From: Clostridia bacterium
GTDB lineage: Bacteria; Bacillota; Clostridia; TANB77; CAG-508
DNA length: 64,000 nt
Direction: 5' to 3'
Assembly: GCA_017510245.1 (NCBI GenBank)
Contig: JAFWNQ010000014.1
Coordinates: forward strand, 26,499 to 90,498
The first letter of the stretch is position 1. Every line of letters starts with the position of its first letter. Shown here piece by piece: positions 19,543 to 29,930 of this stretch. The notes under the pieces were generated by a model. That model worked only from the letters and a program-made list of their open reading frames with translations, was not told the DNA's origin and did not search any database. A program made the translations under genes and the position numbers.

Positions 19543-20433
19543 TTGTCATTTGGTGTCATTGGGTGTCATTGGGGACGTTGTTGTTTTGACATTATTTACT
19601 GTTTTGAATTATATATTTTTCTTATGCTTTCTCTATTAACTTCTAATAATTCAGCAATTTTTCTTAATGAAATATTATTTTCATCTTTTAGAGTTACTAT
19701 TATTTTTTTCATTATGTCTTTATTCATCTTTATCTCTTTAATTGTTACTTTATTATCTACTAAAAACTTAAATATAATGTTTTTACATTCTCTGTTTTTA
19801 TCCTCATCAATGTCCATAAATAAGTATTTTTCACTATAATCTTTATCCAATTCTTTCGTTATTTTATAGTTTGAGTATGGATATTCCCAAGGATGTTTGC
19901 ACATTCCTGCTTTTACAGGATTATAATGAATATATTTTATACAATTATATAAATATTTTTCATTATAAATTCCTTCCGACCTATATCGGTTTCTAAATAC
20001 ATAACCTACTCTACTATATTTTTTGTTGTAATACTTTGCATATGCAGTATTTAAACGTTGCATAAATTTAGCTAAATTTTCCACTTTTGATGTTTCTAAT
20101 AGTATGTGAGCGTGATTGTTCATTATACAATAAGCTATTATTTTTATCTCACATTCTTGATTTAAACTATACATTTTTACTAAATAAAATTCTATATCTT
20201 CTTCACTTTCAAAAATATAAGTTTTTTCTATTCCTTGTGTTATCACATGGAAAAAACACGTCTTTATATAATTTCTTGGATATCTTGGCATATATTATAA
20301 CTCCTTAAATAAAAAAATGACAAAGTTTATTAGAACATTTTATCACACTGTTCTTATAAATTTTGTCAAAATTTGTATTTACCTTAATTATTATTATATC
20401 AATTTATCTACGTCCCCATTGACACCATTGACA
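19543..20433 (-). mobile_element. IS200/RAYT-like unit: Y1 transposase gene bracketed by inverted decamer arrays
   Basis: Left side has 3 tandem TGTCATT(T/G)GG units then GGGGACGT (19544-19578). Right side has ACGTCCCC then CCATTGACA twice (20410-20433). The inner 8-mers are perfect inverted repeats. Confidence 0.6.
19596..20291 (-). CDS. Y1 (HUH) transposase, IS200/REP-associated tyrosine transposase-like, with C-terminal HTH
   Basis: HUH motif NNHAHILL, catalytic Tyr region YIHYNPVKAG, C-terminal LRKIAELLEVNRESIRKI helix-turn-helix. Confidence 0.75.
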   Translation of the reverse strand: MPRYPRNYIKTCFFHVITQGIEKTYIFESEEDIEFYLVKMYSLNQECEIKIIAYCIMNNHAHILLETSKVENLAKFMQRLNTAYAKYYNKKYSRVGYVFRNRYRSEGIYNEKYLYNCIKYIHYNPVKAGMCKHPWEYPYSNYKITKELDKDYSEKYLFMDIDEDKNRECKNIIFKFLVDNKVTIKEIKMNKDIMKKIIVTLKDENNISLRKIAELLEVNRESIRKIYNSKQ

Positions 20434-21817
20434 TATTTTGATCACCACTTTCTAGTAATTTTAATTGTTTTTTATCTTTATATTTTATATATATCCTATA
20501 CATATTTAGTAATATAAATATACTTTGTAAAAAATATATATTGCCTAAATAACAATATCTAATTGCATCAAATGCTGTTGTGTGTGTATATGTTACACCA
20601 CAAATAATTATTAAATATATAATCAATATAATATGAAGTATTAAATTTATCATATCTTTTTTTCTTATATTTGTTATATAAATAATCACACTTATTATAC
20701 TGAAAACAATTGTACATATCTCATAAGTTTTTCTTATTATTTCAATTCCTTTTGCGTTTTCCTCAATAATACTATCTACCTTATGAGAATTATAAAAGTT
20801 CATAGTATAAGCATCCACTATCTCATCATATTCAAAGACCTTCAACATTTTATCTTTTGGAAAGGTTTTGATATTTTTATAAGTTGATGTATAACATATA
20901 GTTTTTATAAAATTTCTTGGTAATTTTTTTATACTATTGAGTGATGGAGGATTTGTAAAAACCAATGGAAATGCAAATTCTTTCTCTAATTTTCCTTCTT
21001 CAAATAATTCGTCAATTTCTTTACTTAATTTGTAAAAATATTCATTTGCTTCTTTTCCATCTTTAAAATCATATTTTTTGTATATCCATGTTCTAAACAT
21101 CCAAATTATATTTGAATTATATATTTCTCCTTTTGACCTAGCATATGAATTATATATACTATCTATTTCTGCTCTGGTGTAACCAAAAGTTTTTGAATTA
21201 TCTGCTAATTTATAGAATGTACTTTTAGGAATTGCAATATGATCATCTATTATTTCATCATCTTTTATTTGTAGTATTTTTGTAAAAGCATCCTTAAAAT
21301 ATGAATCGTTTAGCTCACTATAAGTATAAATATTATAATGTTTATAATTTAGATAAGACACTATATTTAGATTTAAAATAACTATAGCAATTGGTATTAC
21401 TGTAATAAATATATTTTTTATTTTTAAATTTTTATATAACTTACAAATAATTATTAATACCAGAATTATTTTTGTCCAAATATTATCTTCTTTTGTTATA
21501 ATCATAATAGACATTATTATTCCTAAAAAAATAAAATTTAGAATATTATTCTTTTTCGAGGTAATAATATTTATTATTACACCTAAGAAAAATAGCAATT
21601 CAACATAAGATAAAGAATTGCGGTATAATCTTTGAAATAAGTCACTTGAATAGCTAATTGGATTAAATAATAAAATTATCAAAATAAAAACTAACATCCC
21701 TTTATCTTTTATTATTTTTTTAAGTGAATACGTAAAAAATAAACATGCACATATATAAATCAGTGTAAATGCATTTCCATACCCTATACCAGATAGTTTG
21801 GCTAAACATAAAAACAA
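20408..21817 (-). CDS. Polytopic membrane protein (ArnT/PMT-like glycosyltransferase-like), main part; continuous with 21834-22040 through a +1 frame change at CGG 21873-21875
   Basis: Multiple TM helices followed by a soluble domain. This reading frame stays open upstream to 21880 (ANGLFLGSYYQRTLIKGIAYPLFL). Confidence 0.6.
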   Translation of the reverse strand: MFLCLAKLSGIGYGNAFTLIYICACLFFTYSLKKIIKDKGMLVFILIILLFNPISYSSDLFQRLYRNSLSYVELLFFLGVIINIITSKKNNILNFIFLGIIMSIMIITKEDNIWTKIILVLIIICKLYKNLKIKNIFITVIPIAIVILNLNIVSYLNYKHYNIYTYSELNDSYFKDAFTKILQIKDDEIIDDHIAIPKSTFYKLADNSKTFGYTRAEIDSIYNSYARSKGEIYNSNIIWMFRTWIYKKYDFKDGKEANEYFYKLSKEIDELFEEGKLEKEFAFPLVFTNPPSLNSIKKLPRNFIKTICYTSTYKNIKTFPKDKMLKVFEYDEIVDAYTMNFYNSHKVDSIIEENAKGIEIIRKTYEICTIVFSIISVIIYITNIRKKDMINLILHIILIIYLIIICGVTYTHTTAFDAIRYCYLGNIYFLQSIFILLNMYRIYIKYKDKKQLKLLESGDQNMSMVSMGT

Positions 21818-21833
21818 TGGATATGCAATTCCT

Positions 21834-22040
21834 TTAATAAGTGTTCTTTGATAATAAGATCCTAAAAATAATCCGTTGGCTTAATGTCATCATTTGATTT
21901 ATCATTAAGCCATCATCTATTTTCAAGTTTTTTATATAAAAGTTAGGGACATCTATTGTAAAAATAAATCTCACAATTACTATTAAACAAACTAGTAGTA
22001 TATATCTATTATCTATAATACTTTGAAATATTTTTTTCAT
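21834..22040 (-). CDS. N-terminal fragment (68 aa) of the same membrane protein
   Basis: MKKIFQSIIDNRYILLVCLIVIVRF is a typical N-terminal TM start. The frame decays after in-frame CGG (CAA-CGG-ATT) and the +1 frame continues as GGA-TTA.... Confidence 0.55.
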   Translation of the reverse strand: MKKIFQSIIDNRYILLVCLIVIVRFIFTIDVPNFYIKNLKIDDGLMINQMMTLSQRIIFRILLSKNTY

Positions 22041-22063
22041 ACTATTCTCTCTACCGTTTCTAT

Positions 22064-22472
22064 TAATTATTTGACATATTAATTGATTCTATATCAACCT
22101 GTATTATAGGTCTAAGAGTAATATTAGAATTAAAGTAATTATCTCTATTTATGCCATTATTATTAGAGTAATATGGAACTAACCCATCAGTATAAAAAGG
22201 AACTGCTCCGTTCAAACTATAGCTATTGTCTATCCAAAAAAGCGATCACCCAAAATTTCAGCGAAAGGTGAATAAAAAGTCCAGTCTGTCGTGTCCATAA
22301 AACCCAATAATGGACAATCCCATCTTGGCAATCCAATGTAACTGCAACCACTATTACTATTAAAATCCATAAGATTTAACCCTGCCTATTTAAGCCTTAG
22401 ACCATAATTTTTAATGTATGTTCCTGTACAATGTAAATTTCCAGTTTATTTATAATTTCTTTTGTTCACCAT
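22064..22472 (-). pseudogene. Decayed remnant of a prepilin-like / YWxAS...FRPVV family gene
   Basis: RBS plus ATG-GTG-AAC-AAA-AGA (MVNKRNYK, compare MNKRNNFK of 17736-19355), then TAA. The TM segment is missing, there is a second in-frame TAG, and a frame change falls at a T6 run. The tail reads ...FWIDNSYSLNGAVPFYTDG...NITLRPIIQV. Confidence 0.6.
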
Positions 22473-22561
22473 TTTCTCTCCTCTTTTTTAACTATCTAAA
22501 ATAATTTTAAATCTTTTTACTTATCTGTGTCAATAGTATTAAAACTTTTGTAATATTGCAC

Positions 22562-22593
22562 AAAAAAAACTTATTACTAAGTAATAAGTTTTT
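22562..22593 (-). terminator. Terminator downstream of tRNA-Leu
   Basis: AAAACTTATTAC-TAA-GTAATAAGTTTT stem-loop with a T-run. Confidence 0.7.
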
Positions 22594-22677
22594 TGGTGCG
22601 GATGAAGGGACTCGAACCCCCACGCCGTTGGCACTGGTTCCTAAGACCAGCGCGTCTACCAATTCCGCCACATCCGC
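22594..22677 (-). tRNA. tRNA-Leu (anticodon UAG), CCA encoded
   Basis: Minus strand reads GCGGATG...CTGGT-CTTAGGA-ACCAG...long variable arm...GGGGGTTCGAGTCCCTT-CATCCGC-A-CCA. Cloverleaf with a type II variable arm. Confidence 0.85.
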
Positions 22678-22858
22678 ATATATAATATATGTTACTTACT
22701 AATAATACTCCAATTATGCAAAAAAGTCAATATTTTTTGGTTAAATAGTATAAAAATATTGTTTCTTCCTAATAAAAGGTGTCTCATAATTTACAACTAT
22801 GTAGTTGATAACTGGAATTTCTGCACATTGTGTAGAAACTCCAGTTACTAATCTCACT

Positions 22859-23680
22859 CTATAAATCAGTGTTTATTATTCGTTGGTATTCTGCTGCTCC
22901 TGCAATAGAAGGTACCCTTACTACAACATTTACTTTACCATTTTCATCAAGATACATCGGAGCATTTATTGAACAACTCGCATTTTTTAACTCAGAGTTA
23001 AATGATTCTCCAGATTCATTAATCTCCATTTTATTTTTCTTCATTATACTATAGTATTCATCCGTCTCTTCTTTATATAAGCTTTCTATCTTTTTTAAAT
23101 ATTCAGTTTCAAGTATATCTTTTGAATGTACTAATTCCAAATTACTTATATTCTTTCCAGAAGTTAGGTTAATATTGTATGTGCTATAATAAACAACATC
23201 ATTTGGAAATTTTCTTTTTATTACTAGTGATACTATTTTATCATTAACAAAGTATTTATACTCCATTCCAAAGTCACCATCTTCTTCTTTTACATCTTTA
23301 TATTTTTCTGCTATTTCTTTATTAATCATTTCTATATCTTTTGAGTCAACATTTATTAAAGGTATTATATTGTCATTTGGATTCTTGATATCATATACCC
23401 ATTCTTTACTATTATCAATTTTAACTACAGTTGTTTTTTCATTTTTATCTACTACCTTTGTTTCGTTTACTTCTACATTATTTTTAGAAGTATCTTTGTC
23501 AACAACTATCACATTTTGATTTGCTAGTTTTTCAGTTTCACCTATAGAATTACTGCTCTCTGTTTTCTCCCTACTTCCTATGTAATATAATAAAACTCCT
23601 ATTACAACAGCTAGTATGCAAATAATAATTATGCATATTGTTATTCCTAAACTAATCTTTACTTTTCCTTCTTCTTTCAT
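22859..23680 (-). CDS. Membrane-anchored protein, possibly DUF4163/DUF3298 (RsiV/PdaC-like)
   Basis: N-terminal TM helix, then IPLINVDSKDIEMINKEIAEKY...STYNINLTSGKNIS, which loosely fits the family. Confidence 0.4.
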   Translation of the reverse strand: MKEEGKVKISLGITICIIIICILAVVIGVLLYYIGSREKTESSNSIGETEKLANQNVIVVDKDTSKNNVEVNETKVVDKNEKTTVVKIDNSKEWVYDIKNPNDNIIPLINVDSKDIEMINKEIAEKYKDVKEEDGDFGMEYKYFVNDKIVSLVIKRKFPNDVVYYSTYNINLTSGKNISNLELVHSKDILETEYLKKIESLYKEETDEYYSIMKKNKMEINESGESFNSELKNASCSINAPMYLDENGKVNVVVRVPSIAGAAEYQRIINTDL

Positions 23681-23758
23681 TTGAATCCTCTTTCATTTGT
23701 ATATATTTTTTTCTTCCTATCACTAAAATACTACTTTATAATAAAAATGTCAATAACT

Positions 23759-25060
<1,302 letters not shown>

Positions 25061-25108
25061 TTACATAAACTAATTATTCTATCGTCTCAAAAGGCTGAAC
25101 CTTTATTA

Positions 25109-26470
25109 TCATCTGTATTCATCTTTGTCATCTTCCCATGAATTAGGTTCAAATACTGTTCCTAAAAACCAGATATCATTTGTTTCTTTCTCGCGAATAA
25201 AATACATAAATGGCTTGTCTATTTTTATTTCTAATGGTTGTTTTTCATCTATCATAGCATTAGCTTCCATCATAATGGCGGTCACTGCTGCTGCTTTTAC
25301 TCCCTTTTCCGAAAAGTCAATATTTGCCATATGCACAGCATCTCCAACAAACAAATTACCACTACTACTTGTTTGTATAAACATATTTGTAAAGTCTGCT
25401 TTATTATCATTAAAAGCATCTGTTATTCCCATTTCTTGCATATCTCTTTTTAGTTTTAATCTATAATCAAATGAAAATTTAGGAATTGTTATATTAACTC
25501 CATTGTCTGCACTACTTGCAGGTTGCAATTTACTAATAATACCATTGTATGTAGATGCATCAAACTTCTTTACATATTCAGATAAGTTTTCATCTGGCAT
25601 TACAGCTATAAATTGCATCTTATTGTTTTCATACTCTTCCAAATCCATTGCTAATGCGGTAACACTGTCATCTTTAAAATATGAAACATCTTTATTCATA
25701 CATTTTTTATGATGCATCATAGTAGCAAGATAATTATTTCCATTTTCTAAATAAAAGTTCTCTCCATATGTATCATCCAATCCAAAATTAAATTTCCATT
25801 CCATATCAATTGCTAATGCATTTATCAATACCATTTTTGTGTTTTCATTAGAAAATGTATCATCTGATAAGACATCTTTTATTTGTCCTAAAGTCTTTTT
25901 TTCAATCCACTTATTTGCATTGTTAGCACTTTTAAATGGATCATATTTTACTTCTGCATTATATTTGTTAAATAACAAGTCTGAATATTCTTTTTTAGCA
26001 TTTTGTGCATAAGTGTCTCTGATGAAAAGGCTATTTGCAAATGACATTATATCCTCTATACTGTTATATGATGAAGCATTAGTGTTTTCTAGTACTTTAT
26101 CTAATTGAGCTTTTGTGTTACCATTGGCTCCTTCTTTTAACATGTTTAATGCTGTTTTTATTGACAATGGACTATAAACCATATTATCATTATTTAATTC
26201 CATTTTCAAAAATTCTAATGCAAAATTTGTATCTTCATCATTCATTTGCACTTTTTCTCTTTTTATTTGTGGTTTTATATCCTCAATTATGTTTTCTGTA
26301 ACTTCATTTTCTTCATTTTTATTTTGAACTTCATTTACTTCAGCAACCTCTTCTTTATTTGAATTAATGTATATTATTGCTGATACAACACATATTATAA
26401 TAATTATTAATACTAATACTATATTTATTACAGTTGTTAGTTTTAAATTAATTTGGCTATCTTTTTTCAT
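25109..26470 (-). CDS. Serpin-family protease inhibitor with N-terminal membrane anchor
   Basis: YSPLSIKTALNMLKEGANGNTKAQL, hinge-like EKGVKAAAVTAIMMEA, and C-terminal IKIDKPFMYFIRE are serpin hallmarks. TM helix at residues ~14-35. Confidence 0.85.
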   Translation of the reverse strand: MKKDSQINLKLTTVINIVLVLIIIIICVVSAIIYINSNKEEVAEVNEVQNKNEENEVTENIIEDIKPQIKREKVQMNDEDTNFALEFLKMELNNDNMVYSPLSIKTALNMLKEGANGNTKAQLDKVLENTNASSYNSIEDIMSFANSLFIRDTYAQNAKKEYSDLLFNKYNAEVKYDPFKSANNANKWIEKKTLGQIKDVLSDDTFSNENTKMVLINALAIDMEWKFNFGLDDTYGENFYLENGNNYLATMMHHKKCMNKDVSYFKDDSVTALAMDLEEYENNKMQFIAVMPDENLSEYVKKFDASTYNGIISKLQPASSADNGVNITIPKFSFDYRLKLKRDMQEMGITDAFNDNKADFTNMFIQTSSSGNLFVGDAVHMANIDFSEKGVKAAAVTAIMMEANAMIDEKQPLEIKIDKPFMYFIREKETNDIWFLGTVFEPNSWEDDKDEYR

Positions 26471-26517
26471 ATTTTATCCCTTCTTCTGTATAGAATCATC
26501 TTATAACTTATTGCTAA

Positions 26518-27564
26518 CTAGTAATCTAACATCATTGATTTTTTTACTCTATCTAATGTTTGCTTTGCTATTTTTCTAGCATGTTCTGTTCCCGCCATCA
26601 AAATGTCCATTACTTCATTTGGATGCTCTTCATAGTAGTGTCTTTTTTCTCTAATTGGCCCTAATTCTCTATTTATATTATCTATAAGTTGCTTTTTGCA
26701 TGCAACACAGCCTCTTGCTCCAGCCTTGCATTCTTCACAGATATTTTTACACTCATTCTCTGTACTAAATAGCTTATGATAATAATAAACCATACATACT
26801 TCTGGATGCCCTTTATCATCTTTCCTTATTCTTTGTGGATCTGTTAATGCTGACATTACTTTTTGCTTAATTTCTTCTAAGTCATCAGATAAATACAATG
26901 CATTTCCTAAAGATTTTCCCATTTTTTCATTTCCGTCAAGTCCTTTTATTCTGGTTGTGTTGCTAAGAACTGCAACTGGCTCTCTTAGTGTTTCTCCATA
27001 TATAGAATTAAACTTTCTAACAATTTCTCTGCATTGTTCTATTAAAGGAAGTTGATCATCGCCTACTGGAACGTATGTAGCATCAAATGCAGTTATGTCT
27101 GCAGCTTGACTTACGGGATAACCTAAAAATCCATAAGTAACACTCTCTCCAAATAACTCTTTCTTAGCTGCTATTTCTGTTTTTACTGTTGGGTTCCTTT
27201 GTAGTCTAGCTATAGTTACTAAATTTGAGTAATATACTGTTAATTCAGCTATTTCTGGTATCATTGACTGAATAAAAAAAGTAACCTTATTTGGATCAAT
27301 TCCAACCGCTAATTCATCCATAATTATTTGTGTTACATTGTCTTTAACTTTTTGTGGATTATTAAAATTATCTGTTAAAGCTTGGACATCTGCAACTTCT
27401 ATGAAAGTTTCAAACTTATCTTGTAATTTGGCTCTACTTTTTAAAGAACCAAAATAGTGTCCTATATGTAAGTGCCCAGTTGGCCTATCACCAGTTAGAA
27501 TTCTAAGTGATTTATCTGGTTTAACATCTTCGATTTTAATCTTTTCATCATTTATTTCTTGCAT
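26518..27564 (-). CDS. trpS: Tryptophan--tRNA ligase (variant with a Cys-rich segment)
   Basis: HIGH motif (GHLHIGHYFG), KMSKS variant (KMGKS), Cys run C-x21-C-x6-C-x2-C. Confidence 0.9.
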   Translation of the reverse strand: MQEINDEKIKIEDVKPDKSLRILTGDRPTGHLHIGHYFGSLKSRAKLQDKFETFIEVADVQALTDNFNNPQKVKDNVTQIIMDELAVGIDPNKVTFFIQSMIPEIAELTVYYSNLVTIARLQRNPTVKTEIAAKKELFGESVTYGFLGYPVSQAADITAFDATYVPVGDDQLPLIEQCREIVRKFNSIYGETLREPVAVLSNTTRIKGLDGNEKMGKSLGNALYLSDDLEEIKQKVMSALTDPQRIRKDDKGHPEVCMVYYYHKLFSTENECKNICEECKAGARGCVACKKQLIDNINRELGPIREKRHYYEEHPNEVMDILMAGTEHARKIAKQTLDRVKKSMMLDY

Positions 27565-27634
27565 TGAATTATTTCCTTTCTTAAAATATATATTGAGATC
27601 TTTCTCTTAGATCAGCTGTGAACTTTAGAAATGC

Positions 27635-27949
27635 TTAGTACATTTTTTGGTTAACTGTCAAATTAATTAATAATTCCTTTTCATCATCTTCTGCTGCTTT
27701 GTTCCTATGCGTCTCTCCACATTTATCACACTTATATATAATTACATATCCTTTTTTGCTGTCTAATTCAACTTGCTGTGGTCTTAGAATTCCTTTACAC
27801 TCATTTTCTCTATCTCCTGGCATTATATCAACATGTTTAGAGCATAAGCAGTAAGGACAATGATCTCTAGAAGTGTATCCTAGTTTTTCCACAATCTTTC
27901 CGCAGTTTTCACATACAAAAGACTCATCTCTTTTAGTAAACTGTTTCAT
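27635..27949 (-). CDS. RNHCP domain-containing protein
   Basis: FVCENCGK...SRDHCPYCLCSKHVD...YKCDKCGETH matches the RNHCP zinc-ribbon pattern. Confidence 0.75.
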   Translation of the reverse strand: MKQFTKRDESFVCENCGKIVEKLGYTSRDHCPYCLCSKHVDIMPGDRENECKGILRPQQVELDSKKGYVIIYKCDKCGETHRNKAAEDDEKELLINLTVNQKMY

Positions 27950-28175
27950 TTTTTTCCTTTCACTATATTATTAATTATGTCAATACACCTATCCTTATTT
28001 TATCATACATTACTATTATACATCTTTTTTCCAATTCTTACAAGAACAATATCGGACATTTTTCAAAACAAAAAATAATAAAACAAATGTAACGACCTTG
28101 TTAGATTTTATATAGTAAAAATTAGTTGCATAGTATTTTTTATATAATAAGAAATTATCAACTTTCCAGTTATAT

Positions 28176-28205
28176 AAAAAAGATGGAATTCCTTCCATCT
28201 TTTTT
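28176..28205 (-). terminator. Terminator of the kinase gene
   Basis: AAAAAGATGGAATTCCTTCCATCTTTTTT hairpin with a T-run. Confidence 0.7.
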
Positions 28206-28238
28206 CTTCCCATAGAACCAGTTAGTAGTAACCTCTTT

Positions 28239-29891
28239 TTAATAATCAAATACACTTCCACCTATAAACTCTCTTAATAATGAGTTGTTTGGAATTGGAT
28301 ATTCATCAATTTCTTTAAAATATTCTAGCAAAGATACTATTCTCTTCGCTTCTGAATACTCTGGATGAGTATTATCTATTTCATTTAATAGTGGCACTGC
28401 ATGTCTAGCAAGTACAGCTAGCTCATATACTAAAGAACTATTAAACATAACATCCGCTTCTTCTTGGAATGGGAAAATATTTTTTCTCTCTCCTCTTGCA
28501 ACAGATGGCCATCTCTGTAATGTTGCCAAAGCAGAATAACCTCTAAAATTATAATCTCTTACAATCCTTCTAATCAATCTAGTATCTGATGCAGAAATTC
28601 TATTATAATAGTCAAAGTTAAGAACCGTTAGATCACTTACATAAATTTTGAATTTGTTCTCTTTAGGAATCTTTTCTGTTAACTTATTGTTTAAGCAATG
28701 AATTCCCTCTATTACTAATATTTCATCTTCTTCTAATTGTAAGAATCTATTTTCTCCAAAAATTTTAGTTCCAGTTTTAAAATCAAATCTAGGTATTTCA
28801 ACTTTTTCACCATTAATTAATCTTTCCAAATGATCATTAAATAAGTTCAAGTCAAGAGCATCTATTGTTTCAAAGTCATATTCACCATCTTCATCTCGTG
28901 GCGTTTCTGATCTTTCCACAAAATAATCATCTGTACCAATAGTTACAGGTTTAATTCCATTTACTCTTAACTGCATACAAAGTCTTTTAGCAAAAGTTGT
29001 TTTACTTGATGAAGATGGTCCTGCAATTAATACCATTTTTAATTCTTTATGATTTTTTATTTTGTCTGCTATTTCTGCTAACTTCTTTTCTTGTAGCGCT
29101 TCAGCAGTTAAAACTATATCTTTTCCTTTACCTCTTTCAACATATGAGTTTAATTCTTGAACAGTAGTGATTTCCATTAATTTATGTATTTGCTCATATT
29201 CTTGTAAAGTAGCTAAAAGCTTTTTACTCTCTTTAAATGGTAATAATTCTGTTGGCTTATCAGCATTTGGATATCTAACAATAAACCCTTCCTTATATCT
29301 ATTTACATCAACCAAATTAATGTATCCTGTAGTTATAGGCATAACTCCAAAGAAATAATTGTAATAATCGTCACAAAAATACAATGTTACAACATCTTTA
29401 TTTTGATTATCTACTTGTAGCTTTCCTCTGTCATCCTCGTCGTTGTTTTTCTCGAAGAACTCCTCGGCCTCTTGCTTTGTCATATTAACTTTTCTAATTG
29501 GAATATCTTTTTCAACTATCTCATGAACTCTTTTTCTAATATTTTCAATAACTTCATCCGTTATTTCTAAATTTTTACATTCACAATATGTTCCACCTGT
29601 TAGTTGATAGTTAATTACTAGTTTTGCGTCAGGATAAAGTTGCTTAAACGCCATACTTGTAATATATAAAGCTCCTCTTAAGTAAACTCTTAGTCCGTCT
29701 TTGTTTGTCACATCTAGTAATGTTATGGTTTCATCACCATTAAATTCAAAGTCCAGTGATTTTACCTCATTATTATATTTACATGCCATTATATGTTTAG
29801 GAGCTATTTTAGCATTTGCTCCAAGACCATCCATAATTCTTTTTACATCTCCATGTATATCATATTCCTGTTCTTGATAAATTATTTTCAT
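28239..29891 (-). CDS. Uridine/nucleoside kinase-family protein with an N-terminal ThrRS-like additional domain
   Basis: P-loop LIAGPSSSSKTTFAKRL in the C-terminal half. 550-aa architecture typical of long Udk-like proteins of Clostridia. Confidence 0.7.
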   Translation of the reverse strand: MKIIYQEQEYDIHGDVKRIMDGLGANAKIAPKHIMACKYNNEVKSLDFEFNGDETITLLDVTNKDGLRVYLRGALYITSMAFKQLYPDAKLVINYQLTGGTYCECKNLEITDEVIENIRKRVHEIVEKDIPIRKVNMTKQEAEEFFEKNNDEDDRGKLQVDNQNKDVVTLYFCDDYYNYFFGVMPITTGYINLVDVNRYKEGFIVRYPNADKPTELLPFKESKKLLATLQEYEQIHKLMEITTVQELNSYVERGKGKDIVLTAEALQEKKLAEIADKIKNHKELKMVLIAGPSSSSKTTFAKRLCMQLRVNGIKPVTIGTDDYFVERSETPRDEDGEYDFETIDALDLNLFNDHLERLINGEKVEIPRFDFKTGTKIFGENRFLQLEEDEILVIEGIHCLNNKLTEKIPKENKFKIYVSDLTVLNFDYYNRISASDTRLIRRIVRDYNFRGYSALATLQRWPSVARGERKNIFPFQEEADVMFNSSLVYELAVLARHAVPLLNEIDNTHPEYSEAKRIVSLLEYFKEIDEYPIPNNSLLREFIGGSVFDY

Positions 29892-29930
29892 TTAATACAA
29901 TTCCTTTCTTCTTTTACTTATGTATTTGGT

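Noticed and set aside
27565-27634. A T-box or other riboswitch upstream of trpS.
   Set aside because: The spacer is only 70 nt, and no specifier or antiterminator structure is visible.
28016-28261. The 81-aa minus-strand ORF in the spacer between the kinase gene and the RNHCP gene.
   Set aside because: It overlaps the kinase stop and runs through the kinase terminator hairpin (28176-28205). Its composition is low-complexity and it has no RBS.
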